Shown here: positions 1 through 12,780 of the stretch, piece by piece | Layout: every line of letters begins with the position of its first letter | Position numbering within the stretch: position 1 is the stretch's first letter | NCBI GenBank assembly: GCA_047495785.1 | Contig: JBLDXI010000074.1 | Coordinates: forward strand, 744,001 to 808,000 | Reading direction: 5' to 3' | DNA from: Lepidodermella squamata | Taxonomy: Eukaryota > Animalia > Gastrotricha | Length of the DNA: 64,000 bases | The notes under the pieces: model-generated | Seen by the model: the letters and a program-made list of their open reading frames with translations, nothing else | What the model was told of the DNA's origin: nothing | The model's database searches: none | Translations under genes and position numbers: made by a program

Positions 1-745
1 TTATGAAAAGGACAAGACTCGGCTTGCATGGCGTTGTCATAGTGATGAAATTCGGCCGCGTTACAGCTGGAGAACGAGAGAACTTGAAAATCATCTCAAG
101 CATGTTCAAATCTCAATTGGCCTCCAACTGCATAGTTGTTGCTACGCATTACGGTGGGGAAATGGATGAGGAGTCTCGAAAGCAAACTATAACCGATTGG
201 ACTCGAGGTAATAATATCAAGCTTTCGAATCCATCACAATATTATACAATCATGTAAGGGCAGGAGATCACCAAATGCCGCAGTTCTTTAGTGATATTGG
301 CAATCGGGTGATCCTCACCGACAATGGATTGGGCAGATCTGCTGAGAAGAATGAAGGTATCCGAAGAAATTGCCTCAACCAGCTGAACAATTTCATCAAG
401 ACGCGTCAAACCAAGTTTTTTCCCGAGCCGGATGGTCTCGCCGAAGCGTGGGTCAGCAGCCTGCGTTATTATTACGAGAGACTCAGCGCTACATCGCGAG
501 ACGAAAAAAAGAGAGAGGCCACCGAGAGCATTGGCAAAGAAGGTGACTTAACCATTGGCAATTGCGACATATGTAAGAAAGACATACGCGTTGAACAATG
601 GGGCCAGGCAACATGTCAGCATTCTTTTCATTACTCCTGCGTTTCGGGCAAGCCGAACCAAGGAGAGCGCAACTGCCCGATTTGCAAGAAGCCGATAAGG
701 AATGTCTTTCGGCCTAAATTGCAGGCCGATCTAGTTGGAACTTGA
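1..745 (+). CDS. AIG1/GIMAP-like GTPase (C-terminal part) fused to a RING-H2 finger; 5' end lies outside the window
   Basis: AIG1-like motifs GLHGVVIVMKFGRVT, CIVVATH and IGNRVILTDN. A phase-1 GT-AG intron at 208-263 joins ORF 3..257 to ORF 275..745 in frame. The C-terminus has the RING-H2 pattern CDIC-x11-CQHSFHYSC-x11-CPIC. Confidence 0.7.
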
Positions 746-826
746 AACTTGAACTTGGCTTCTATAAACCATTGCGAATGTGCTATCATACAATGAGTTT
801 GAAAGAAACATGGAACAAGTCAGCAG

Positions 827-1831
827 AGGGGTTTTTTTTATTCGCAACACTTCGAACAGTATATATTGTGTTTAGTGTATTGTCGTTCGAAAATAGCACT
901 CTCTACAAAAAATGCAATAACTTTCTCAGCGTTCGACAATTCGCTATATTTTATACGGTATAAAGTGTATTTTTCCAGCACATTATTTTTGAATCTGTAC
1001 AAAATACAGAAATTGTAAACCAATCGCAAATGTGACTTTGTTTATCGGGCAAAATCGGTGTGGAGGGTTCGTCTCCTCGTGGGGTCAAGCCATTTTTTTC
1101 TTATAATTTTCGCCCCGAGGGGTTTTTTTTATTCGCAACAGAAAATACAGCTACAGCTACAGTTTGTTGCATTCGATAATTCGCTACAGAAATACTGTAT
1201 TTCTCCTGTATTTTCTACGCATTCGAATAAAAAATACAGAAAATACAGCCCTATTTTTCCTACAAAAAATACAGCCAGAAAAAGTGTGCAAAGTGTAGAA
1301 ATGGGGCTGCTTGTGCGCATAAAAAGTGCCGGGGCAAAAATAAGAAGAAAAAAATGGCTTGACCTCTTGAGGAGTCGAACCCTCCACACCGATTCGCCCG
1401 ATAAACTAAGTCAAATTTACGAATGGCGTATAATTTCTGCATTTTGCACAGATTCAAAAATCAAGTGCTGGAAAAATACACTTTATACTGTATAAAATAT
1501 AGCAAATTTACGAACGCGTGGAAATTATTGCATTTTTTGTAGAAAATGCCATTTTCGAACGACAATACACAAAATACAGTATATGCTGTTCGAAGTGTTG
1601 CGAATAAAAAAAAACCCCTCCGGCACTTTTTATGCGCACAAGCAGCCCCATTCTACACTTTGCACACTTTTTCTGGCTGTATTTTTTAGGAAAAATAGGG
1701 CTGTATTTTCTGTATTTTTTATTCGAATTCGTAGAAATTACAGGAGAAATACAGTATTTCTGTAGCGAATTATCGAATGCAACAAACTGTAGCTGTAGCT
1801 GTATTTTCTGTTGCGAATAAAAAAAACCCCT
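827..1831. mobile_element. ~500-bp MITE, outer copy, split by an inverted copy of the same family
   Basis: Ends AGGGGTTTTTTTTATTCGCAACA...TGTTGCGAATAAAAAAAACCCCT, flanked by CAG and CTG. Segments 827-1117 plus 1623-1831 together match the reverse complement of 1118-1619. Confidence 0.85.
1118..1619. mobile_element. ~500-bp MITE, inner copy, 3-bp TSD CCG (PIF/Harbinger-like)
   Basis: Same TIRs as the outer copy. CCG is duplicated at 1115-1117 and 1620-1622; removing the element and one CCG restores GCCCCGGCAC, the sequence seen in the intact copy. Confidence 0.85.
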
Positions 1832-3258
1832 CTGCTACGAAATTTGCTTTCACCATCAATAAAATTTATCATCCCTATGAACCTACCCACGCTACAGGTT
1901 GTTTCCGCTTCACACACGCTTGCAGTGTTGAAGTGAGTAATCTTCAAGCCTATTAACGACCCAGACGAAGGCACTTCATAAGTTTTCATTAGTTCTCCGC
2001 AGCCGCGGGTCCTCTTCGAAAGCAACTAGTCTGGCTAGACCTGAACGGTAAACGAAATGTTCACCTGGCAATGCTAATGTTCAGGTGTGTCATCGCAGAA
2101 GCACCAGACGCCATTATTCACCAAAAACGACCCGGGCCGACTTCGAAAATCGATCATTTCGGAAGTTTAAGTGATCGGTATACATTTCAAGATATCAAAA
2201 TCGAATTCCTCGATGCCGACTCTGCTTTGTGGTCAACTTGGGATCCCAAAGGCTTTCAAAAATCAGGATGAAAATCAACATTAGATAGGGCACTTTTGCT
2301 ATGTAAAGTTATCACATAAAATTCGACATTATATACGACATATATTTCCGGAAAATGTGTCTTTTTTTGGTAAAATTTCGTTTTTCATTGAAATTCTGCT
2401 AATATAAAAAAGTTGAACAAATATCGCGGGGGAGCTGGCCCGAGTTACGGCTGAGATGAACAATGTGGTATATAACCAGTTCTATTGTGGAGCGCTCGCG
2501 CAGCGGACTTCGGCAGTTCTAGTGTGGACATCCTAAATCTGGCCTCGATAACCGCGCCGTTTATCATCGCTCTTGGAACTCGAGTATAGCGAGCCGATGA
2601 CCGAGCCCGGCTGGGTAAGCGCAAAACAATACACTGGCCTACCTACCCATTGTCCTATACGCCGCACCGCGGTTGCCACCTGTGATTGCCCATGCGTAAC
2701 GCAGGAAATTTTCCACAAAAAATTAGTACATCATCATCTGTTGCAAATGTGATTGTTCACGATGCGCGTTGAGTCTTTAATCACGGAGATCAAGATGTAA
2801 TATCCGTAATTCGAGCGTGATATTGATATAAAAAATCTTACTTTTCAATACAGCTCATTCTGTCATATTCGATAATGATAACTGCCGCGATGAGTTATGT
2901 TATAATATATTGAAGCCTTCTCAAGTTATATCGTTAAATTGAATTCCAAAATTGAACTATATTTTGGACATTGTTTGTGCGTGAGTTAAATCAAGGAGCG
3001 CGTGCGGTTCAACAATTTGTCCTTTTTCACGTGACAAACAACTTTCATAGCTTTTCACGATTTTTTTAAAAGAAAATTCTCACCACAACATATCACTGTG
3101 CATGAATACGATAACGTGAACACAGCATTGATAAAAAGTGACCATTATTTCACTTATACATGCAGGTCAAATTATTTTTTAAATGTAGAACTTTCCATTC
3201 TCTAACTTATAATTATTTTCACTTTATTTCCTTCGCACAATTTTTTATTTTATAGAAA

Positions 3259-4482
3259 ATGAGTTTAAACCTTGAAGTGGTATCGAAAGCCACAAAAGAT
3301 GGATTGAATGCCGTGGTAAATTACATTAACCAGCCTCGGCCGATTTTAGCGACAATAGGCGGCGTTTACCTGGGCTATCACGCCACAAAAGCTACGCTTC
3401 GCCTCCTCCGATTTACCTGGGCCAATTTTATAGCTAGCGATAAAATTCAGGTCTCTAGCCTGGGCGAATATGCTGTTATTACAGGTGCCACTGATGGAAT
3501 CGGAAAGGTGAGCAAAAATGGTTTTTTTTTAAACTGAAGATAGTCCCAAAAAATCGAAATTTCAAATTCGAAATATCGCGGATCTCGATATATTTCTAAA
3601 ATTTCAATTTTATTTTTATTCAAAACTAAAATGATTATTCAATATTTTATAATGAAAAAATTTAAAAAATTGAATTTAAAAAAATTTGGGTCCCGTTTCT
3701 TAATTTTTTCAATTTTGAAATCGAAATATTATCGATCGAATGTATTTCAGGCGTATGCTTTCGAGTTGGCAAAACGAGGCCTGAACTTGGTCCTAATCAG
3801 CCGAACCCAATCTCGCCTCGAATCAACCGCCAAGGAAATCAACGCCCTGTACCCCAAAACTAAAATCAAGCTAATTCAAGCCGATTTCGAGAAAACAGAG
3901 AACATCTACGAAAAAATCGAAGCTGAACTCGTAAAACTGGACATTGCAATCCTCGTCAACAACGTCGGTGGTAACATCAATCACATGTTCGCTAGATTTT
4001 GCCGGTTGTCACGTGATGAAGTTTTCCGAAGCTTCAACCTGAATTTATTCGCGCCGGTCCTGATGTCTCGAATCGTGCTGCCTGGCATGATTGCCAAGAA
4101 AAAAGGGGCAATTATCAGCATTTCCTCAGCCGCGGCCATTTTCCCGCCTCTGAGTGGGCTGTACAGCGTGGCCAAGTCTGCAACGCGCTGTTTCATGGAC
4201 ATGTTAGCCATTCAATATGGCCGTAATTCCGGCGTGATTTTCCAGGAGGTTGAGCCGTTTTTAGTTGATACAAAATTAGCGGCTGATGTGACGGAAAAGC
4301 TGCCGAAATTTCTGCTTTGGAGTGTTGTGACGCCTAGCGATGTTTCTCAGCAGACGCTACGCACCCTGGGCCGATACGATGAAACGTGCGGAACGGTCAC
4401 GCATGACGTGGTTGCAGCGATTCTTCAGGCTGTTTCCTCTGGTAAACCGGGCAAAAGTGCCGAAGATCTGCTGATTGATTGA
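3259..4482 (+). CDS. Short-chain dehydrogenase/reductase, HSD17B12/very-long-chain 3-oxoacyl-CoA reductase type (copy 1); exons 3259-3507 and 3751-4482
   Basis: YAVITGATDGIGK|AYAFELAKRG Rossmann motif across a GT-AG intron, ILVNNVG, catalytic YSVAK, N-terminal hydrophobic anchor. Confidence 0.9.
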
Positions 4483-5550
4483 ATATTGATTAATTGAAAT
4501 TGACCGCTAAAATGGCAATCGATATTGCGCACTCTCATTTAGCTTTTAATAAATCAACTGCCAACTTATCGATGGAGTTTTTATATAAATCGCAATATTT
4601 GCACAAATTCACGGATTTGGTTGTTTTTTTTATAAAACTCAATCGATAAAAGTGAGTTATATAACTCATGTGTCAAGGGGTTACGATAAAAAAAATTGCG
4701 GCAATTGACCACTAGATATTTGGTTTCAGCGCTAAAAAAATGAGCGCTGAAAATTTAGTCTCTAAATTTTCCGATAATTTGCGAATTCGGGTTTATTGTT
4801 TGTTGATCGATAATGATCACCTGCCCTGGGTCTAGGATTTTTATTTTTTTTATTTTTCATTTTTGGCTTATTCAGGGCGCTTTACAAATGTAGTAAAATT
4901 ATCGATGCTCCGTTCCAAGCCGGTTGCGATATTGGAAAAATACACTGATTTGTAAAATTGATTCTTGAAATTGATATTGGCTTTTCAGGCTGAGGTGTGA
5001 ACCTGGCACAATGAAAAATATAATTTGGAAAATTCCAATTCTTGTCCTATCGAGGCACGACTGGATTCGGCTGGTTATATCTAAATTCAAGTCGGCAATG
5101 TTACGAGCAATACATGCATGAACGGGCATTTGAGAAAAATGGCAAAAATGAAAAATAAAAAATTAATTCACGCGATTCGTCATGATTTGATCTCGTGATT
5201 TTGTGATGTAACAGTTTCAGCTGACCTTTGAATACTACACGCTATTTTTTGCTGCGTGACAAGCGGCCAAATTTAGCTGTCGTTATCCAAAGAAATGCGT
5301 TATAAAGAAACGAATGACGCAAATGCCCGGCGCCGACATTGAAGCACACGCCATGTTCAAGCAGTCTACGTGCAAAAAAAGTTCGTGGAAAAAGTGAAAA
5401 ACTAGGAAAACTGGACAAGTCGTGCTCTTCTACAGACACCCCAGACACTTAAAACATTTCGCAGTTAACAGCCGCATGTTTTCGGTTTTCGTTAGTTTAT
5501 TCACGATTTTTTTTATAAACATTTTATTTGACAAATTTTGAGCATAAAAA

Positions 5551-7138
5551 ATGCTCGGCAAATATTTTCCTGAAAAAGAAATTTATTCAGCAGTGAAAAA
5601 TAATTTCTACGCGCCGGTTCGGGATTACTTTTTCGAGTCACCAAGGCCACTCTTATCGGCGTTCGGAGCGACGATTTTGGGGTATTATGCTGCTAAAACA
5701 ACGGCTCGCTTCATTGGTTTCACGTGGGCACACGTCGCTGGCGATAAAATCAAGGTGGCCGATTTGGGCGAGTATGCTGTTATAACCGGTGCAACCGACG
5801 GCATTGGAAAGGTATATAAACAACTCTTTTACATATTATAGGTCTTGTTTTATGGTTCAAGTACTGAATTTCAGCGTCGTAGCTGCATTTTTAAGATGTT
5901 TTGCGCGATTTCGAAGACCATCAGCTGGGCACTCCAAGCAATGTTTTATCTTTTTCGATTTCCGATGATTTTTCGTGATTTTTCGGGTCATTCCAAGAGA
6001 TCATTAATTTTTATGATAGTATTTGTTGCCGTAAAACTAAAACTCGAGCTGAATTTTGCCATGTGATCAAAGAAAGACTTATTTTACTTATCTAGGTTAA
6101 ACGCCTAATGGTCGACGCAGAAATTAGGTCAGGCGTATACCGGACGGCTAAAATTAGGTCAAGGCTAATCTTTGAGGTCACGACCGCTTTTCAAAAGCAG
6201 CTTGACGTAATTTCTTTCTGATGAGACCTAATAGCTAGATCTACCCTAAATTTTAAAATATGAAGCTGCAAGCTGTCAACAGTCCTAATTTTTCGTGGTG
6301 TATTTAAGGAAAGACATTCGAAGTTTATAAATAGTGAGTACCTACTTCATCGAAAAATCGTTCAAAATCTAAAATAGAATAACGTTTCTCATCTTTCAAT
6401 TGCCAGGCTTATGCATTCGAGTTGGCAAAACGAGGCTTGAATTTGGTCCTAATCAGCCGAACCCAATCGCGCCTCGAATCAACCGCCAAGGAAATCAACG
6501 CCCTTTACCCCAAAACTAGCATCAGGTTAATTCAAGCCGATTTCGAGAAAACGGAGAAAATCTACGAAAAAATCGAAGCTGAACTCGGAAATCTCGACAT
6601 CGCAATCCTCGTCAACAACGTTGGCGCCATTATTAATGACGCATTTTCGAGGTTAAGTCGGTTGTGTCGAGACGAAATTACCCGATCAATCAACTGCAAC
6701 ATTTTCGCTCCGATTTTAATGACCCGACTTGTTCTACCCGGCTTGCTGGCCAAGAAAAAAGGCGCGATCATCAATGTTTCATCAGCCGCCGCTTATCTAC
6801 CGCCAACTCTTGGCATGTACAGCGTTACGAAAGCTACAACCCGCCGATTTATGGAAATGCTGGAGATGCAATATCCATTACGTAAATATGGCGTGATTTT
6901 TCAGGAGGTTGAGCCGTTTTTGGTTGATACGAAAATGGTGTTGGACATTTTCCGGGAAAATCGCTTTGTTATGAACACGATGGCGGCGAGTCCGCAGAGC
7001 GTTGTTTCAGCCACCCTGCGAACCCTGGGCAGGTTCAGCGTGACGAATGGTACGATTTGGCATGAAATACAACGGGTGATTCTGGGTTTGCTGCCAGATA
7101 GCAGCCGATCTGCGGTTGAAACGTTCGGTAAAGACTGA
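5551..7138 (+). CDS. HSD17B12/KAR-type SDR (copy 2); exons 5551-5811 and 6407-7138
   Basis: TGATDGIGK|AYAFELAKRG, ILVNNVG and YSVTK; same intron position as copy 1. Confidence 0.9.
5840..6080. repeat. Degenerate inverted-repeat (MITE-like) element in the SDR copy 2 intron
   Basis: TAGGTCTT...TGAATTTCAGC near 5840-5877 is imperfectly mirrored by GCTGAATTTT...AAGACTTA near 6048-6080. Confidence 0.3.
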
Positions 7139-8348
7139 TGTATAAATTAAATAGAAAATCTTTTGCTGAAAAAAAAGAAAAGCCAAATAGCTAGGTCATG
7201 TTTAAGCAGCCAAGCTGATTGTGGCCTGAATTTTTAGCCTTCACAGAATTAAGAAATACAGCGTTTCTTTGCAGATGTTTCTGAAAATGTGATGCTTCAA
7301 TTTGCGGTTTGAAATAAATTGACGAGCGATGCCGTTAATCTCTGGTTTTCTTCACGAATTCTCGAGTCAGCCAGCAGAGCTGATATTGATTTTTGGGATT
7401 CTTCCGAATTCAGCAGTCCATACGTTAACGTTTCAAGAGGTTCTGCAATGAAGCGGAGGTGTGAAGCACCAGCGCTGTGGTGATCATTTTTTCAAACGCC
7501 AGCATCCAAAATTAATATTTTGTTTCAAAATTAAAAATTAAAAATTAAATTGCAATTGAAATTTATTGTGAACATGTGTGAATAAAATTTAGTAACCCGC
7601 TATTTTTTTGTTACCCAAGAAACTGCGCCGTATCCCCGCGGACAGTCGCCCCGCGAACAGCAAATAGAACGCGAGCGATGTTTATCTTTTCACCTTCCCC
7701 GTTGGCTTCATCTTATAAATGAACTTGTTACCTTTGTACTTCCTCATGAATCGCCCATATAGTCATGCTGAGAACAAACTCTTCCTTTAACTCAGAGCAG
7801 GCAAAAGATTGCGCCAAAACTGGCAACAAGGCATTATGCAGAGGCCAACCTACAACTCAACCCAACTCAGACCTACAACTATCCATGCTAAGGGATTGCA
7901 TACAGCGGCCAGCAACATTTTTTGGGCCAAATGATCACATATATTTCACAACTCCGCTCGTGACTGGGGCGCAGCCACTGCAGTGTGTGAATTTCGGCAA
8001 AAATGCCATTCTTTTGCTGCGGTTACCTCCACCTGACAGTTAATTCTATCCGGCGATATACAATTTCCCAATAAATATTTTATTATGAGTCTCCGTTTTA
8101 AACGTGTACTTTGGACTTTAAATTCTTTGGCCGCATCGCTTTATTCAGAGTTAATCTTATAAAACGCTTGACGTCCATTGAGCGTGTTCGATAGCCGAAT
8201 CCTCTCCGTTCAATTGAAGTTTAAACTGAACTCCTACAAGTAAAAGTGAAACTAGCCCCTTTTATACTACACTATTCGAATGGTAAATGATTTGTGTTTG
8301 TTTATAGTTCAACGTTTTCCACCAATGTGATTTCTGTCTTCATATTTT

Positions 8349-9385
8349 ATGGCACAATCTCAATCATCCGATGAAATAGTGGTAATTGAAAGCGAGGAAC
8401 GAGAACAATCAGCGACTACTACAGCAAATAACCAGACTGCATTATGGAAAAAGCTCGTCGTTTGTAGTGAAAAACTTGTCAATGCCGCAAATATTATTTT
8501 GCCAATAGAGGGTAACGTCGTTGTGGGAATGTGGATTATTCACGTACAACTCGCATACTCAAATTCAGACCGGACGCTTTTCATAATCACTGCTTCCATA
8601 TATTTCATAACTCTACAAATATTAGATCGAGCTTTGCGGCCAATTATATGCCTCGAAATCCCCGCCCATCGAATTCCTCGAATTTTACTAAGAATTAATC
8701 AGTTGTGGCTAAAAGTCACGACTTCTGGTGTTTTATCAGTATTATACGTTTTCCTTGCCATGAGTCTACTCACGGTGTTCACTTTGCTCTCGATCGGCGA
8801 TCCGGAGGCGCAAGGTATCTGTACGTTAGCCCTTTCCGGGGCACTTTGGAACATCACCAGAGGTTCCATACCAGGAGACACATCGACATTTCTCCATATT
8901 GCTGCAGCCATTGCTGTCAACATTGATGCTCTTAATGTCTGTATTATGAATGGATTGCTACAACCTATTCACTTCACTTCGAAAGTGGACCCTTTTAGAG
9001 ATCGCCTTTCGCTGCGGAATGATCGACTTATCAACGTGTTGTTTCTTACTTAACTCGCCGATGAGGCTACTTGAGGACAATTTTTTGTTAACAGAAAGGA
9101 TGAGCAGGTATAAAACCATTCATTATCACCCAATATAAATTAGCTTTTAATGAGAGTTTTGTGACCTGTTTCAGGCCCAGCGACAACTATGCATTTACTG
9201 ATTACATGAAGGAGATCAACGAAGAAATTACCAAAATGGCAAATGAAGACAATGTTGATGATCAACAACTAAGACGGCGACGCGGCCCTCCGGCTTCAGC
9301 CTATTCAGTTGACGAAATTCGAAATTCGCCTGCTGATATACTTCCATTTGTTGGTGACGCGGGAGGTCGAGAGGTAATACCATAG
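8349..9385 (+). CDS. Hypothetical multi-pass membrane protein; 3' structure uncertain
   Basis: 234-aa ORF with several hydrophobic segments. A plausible intron at about 9108-9174 links downstream coding-like sequence in another frame. Confidence 0.35.
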
Positions 9386-10053
9386 GACATAGGAGAAAAA
9401 CCGTATTGACAATCATCGTTCTACGCAGCCCGCGAGTCAAGAGCCAATGTCGATGTTGTTCATGTTTCATTTCAAGAGTATTAATAAACATTGAAAGTGA
9501 GTGAAGATCCGACGGGATGGCGATTATACTGCTCAAATAAATTTCGCATGACCGACTTCTTGGGGCTTTTTATATGTTGCATATTTTACTAACGAAAATT
9601 TATATATTATTTCCCGGGTATTCGCATCGAGGGAGCACGCTGCAGTATTAGTCCCATTCCTACAAGCCGTCTCTCACATACTCCTACTCAAGTCTTACTG
9701 ATCAGCAACATTTGAAAATTGTTTGCGAGCTTTTATAATTGGAGAAAACAAAAAAATCAAATTTCACTAGTTTTACTTATAAAATTCCAAATTCGATTCG
9801 GTATTTGTCAGAATTTTTTTCAGAAATATGTTAGCAAGGATAAATATTGTGAATATTATCTGCGACCGCCAATCGGAGAAAAATAAAAAGGAAAGGTTTT
9901 TCAGTCGTACTATTTTATTCAGAAAACAACATTACGAAAAGAATTTCGTGCAAATTTCTCCAAACAAATTCACCTCAAGATTCAACTCATCACGGTCAAA
10001 TTCTCGCACATATGCAAATGCATGCGAAAAAAAATCGGTTTTCAATCAATCGA

Positions 10054-11126
10054 TTAATCGATCAAACATGGCGCTCCGGCAGGCGCGTAGATGTACTTCT
10101 TGCAAAGCACCTGATACGACGTCATTCTAACTTCTTTTCCACCCAATGGGATATAGGCACAGCCATGCGACGGATGAACCTGAAAAACAAGGATACATTT
10201 CCATTAATCACCTTGGAAACTGAGGTATCATCCTTAAGGAGGAATTTCATGCTAAAACAACATTTGAATACCTACACGCTATTTTGAGTTGTTTATTTGA
10301 AAGATAAATAATTTGAATAAAAAACGCTGAAATGAACTAACCTTGCCGCCGTGCAGCTGATTTATTTGAGCTCGGGCAATATAGAGGGGCTCGACATCTT
10401 TTCCTCCACGAGCGCGGCCTCCCTCAACGGCCCCTATATAAAATTGGAAAAATAAGTAATCTATGACAATTTATCAAAAAACAAGACTCAAGTTATCTTT
10501 TATGGCTAACAACTGCAGATTCCCTAAACTCAACTCCAGGTCCTGCGGAACCTCGTTTCGCTCAGTCAGTCGTTCCAGAAAAAAAGATAAGTGTTCCTGC
10601 AATTAAAAGTCCACCTTAATTATCATTCTTGTTTTGGCCTCAATCACAGGAGAAAGAAAGACGTCGCCTCAAAAATAAACAAATTAGAAAAATTAATAAT
10701 AATTTTCCAGCGATTTCAGAAAAGCGGGATGGCTTCCTAATAATGAAGCTGAATGCCGCAATAATTTAAGAATAACTAACCGAAAGGAACCGCCCCGTCA
10801 GCAGCTGCAACCCACTCGAGAATGCACAGGCCGTCGTCGGCGACAAGAACTTCGTATTCTTTCACCTGGTGTTCGATGAGGCCGTAGCCCACAAAACAGC
10901 AGCCATAGCTGGCAACAACCTTGCCTGGGCATAGATCGCCGCTGATTCTGGCTCGCCCGACGTACATCATTTCGCCGGCTGCGTCGCGGCCAATTCGGAC
11001 GGCGTCCGCAGGAACGTGCCCATTTGAAGCCGCCCTCCAGTAAGGTTCGACAGCTCTTAAAAATAATCAAAATGATAAAATCATTCATCAAAAACAATAA
11101 TTAATCTTAAAATACCTCTTTGCCAT
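10054..11126 (-). CDS. DM9-repeat (DUF3421) protein with two repeats; exons 11126-11116, ~11056-10782, 10433-10342, 10179-10054
   Basis: W.AA.NG.VP..AV, MYVGRA...CPGKV, EYEVLV, then EPLYIARA..GGK|VHPSHGCAYIP..YQVLC. Splice phases are consistent. Confidence 0.85.
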
Positions 11127-11793
11127 GATTGAACAGGTCACGAACAGGTTTTAAAAGCAGAAAATCGAAATTATTCGACGATGAATTCAAGCTCAGCTCT
11201 ATCAATTACACAGAGTGAGTGCAATTTATTTTACTTTCGTGGTTTCCCGCTCTTTAGTCTGCAGGGCTTGACCCTTTGGCATGGCGGCGCCGCATTATTA
11301 TACCCGCCGCGGCATTATTACACCCGGCCACACGCACGCAAAATAAACGAGAGCTTTCTTTCATAAAATTTGGGAAAAGATGACGTGGCGAAAATGAATT
11401 TGATTAACGGCAAGCGGCACCTCCAAGAGTTTTACCATGATCGGAACGTACCATTCCTGCTACTGTATCTGCGATTAAAATCAATCTCGAAGTGCGGATA
11501 CGATTTTTAGAATTACGATTCTTTAAGCTGAAATAATATCTCATTTTGAATTATTCCGGTTATGGAACGAACGAACAGTTTTTATTCGTCCTTTGCCTAT
11601 TGCCACAATTTTCTTTGTCAAAAATTTCGAGGTATAAGCATAAAAATTTCATATTACCCGATCAAAAGTGAACACTTGAACTTTACCGGTCAACAAAGAC
11701 AATACAAGAAAAAAGGAAAGAAACTCTAAAATGAGAGGGAAGGCATATCTCACGGCAAGAAAAATCTAAATGCCAAAGAATAGCAAACAATTA

Positions 11794-12325
11794 CCGTATT
11801 TGTTCCTATAACAGCCCGGGCTACTAAAATGTTAATCTCGTAATTTTCAAAAATCCGAAAATTAATACAATCGTTATTTGGGGAATTGTTCATTTTTGAC
11901 ATTTTCGAACCGACTTGACCCCTCAACCGTGGGCTACTATTAGTGAATGGCGTCGCGTTGCGTTTGAAAGGGGCCGCTAAGTTTTCATTGTTGTTGCAAT
12001 ATAATAGGAGAACCGAATTTGGCTCAAAATTTTACATCATTATACACCTCTGGAGATCTATTAAATACTGCAGGTGATATAAACATTATTTCTTTCGTGG
12101 CCATTCAAACCTTGAATTTATTCAAATGGTGTTTCTTATATATTGTGACATTATTTCTATTATTACTTCTCTCAAAAACCGTTGAGCCTAATGGGAATCA
12201 GCCAATAAAATGCCGTTTTTATTGATATGATGGCTCTTGCTCAACTGATCATTTTGGACAGATCATTTCGAGAGCGGCCCCTTTCAAACGCAACGCGACG
12301 ATGGGCTATTATTGGAAAAAATACG
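11794..12325. mobile_element. TA-flanked Tc1/mariner/pogo-type MITE carrying a nested insertion
   Basis: TA|CCGTATTTGTTCCTATAACAGCCC ... GGGCTATTATTGGAAAAATACGG|TA. Confidence 0.7.
11951..12300. mobile_element. 350-bp non-autonomous DNA transposon with perfect 28-bp TIRs and 4-bp TSD ATGG
   Basis: CGTCGCGTTGCGTTTGAAAGGGGCCGCT at 11951 and its exact reverse complement ending at 12300; ATGG at 11947-11950 and 12301-12304. Confidence 0.85.
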
Positions 12326-12780
12326 GTAAGTCTCTTGTGAATGTGATTAAAACAATCTGAATAAATTTGATCCAACCAGGATAAAACCGAAAATTACCAA
12401 ACTAGTTACATCAGGTACATTCAGGGTTTTCTTCGGTAAAATCTTGGATAAAGGATGGGAGATTCCCCCAGTGGACTTGATTTCGAAAATAAATAGTTCA
12501 TATTCCTAAATTTCTTTTTCAAAATGAGAAATGGTTGCGCAACTTCTAACACTTTTCAAGAAATAAAATTGATCAGGGTCTTATTTAAAATATTAAAAAA
12601 TTGAATCATTGGGTTTCTACTAATTTTAAGGTGTTTTCAATTTAATTACACGTGCATAAAGAGTAAGAAAATTGGCATCTTTATTTTGAGCTTGAAGATC
12701 GAGAATTGATGAAGCACAGGCTTCACGCTTCAGTTATTTTTATTGTCAAGTTTCATGCTTATCTTAGCTGGAATATTGAT

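Noticed and set aside
742-1820. Cluster of short ORFs on both strands
   Set aside because: They lie within or run into the nested MITEs; the mirrored translations come from the inverted repeats.
6215-6250. CTGATGAG followed by a stem, resembling a hammerhead ribozyme core
   Set aside because: There is no GAAA after stem II and no closing stems that I could identify.
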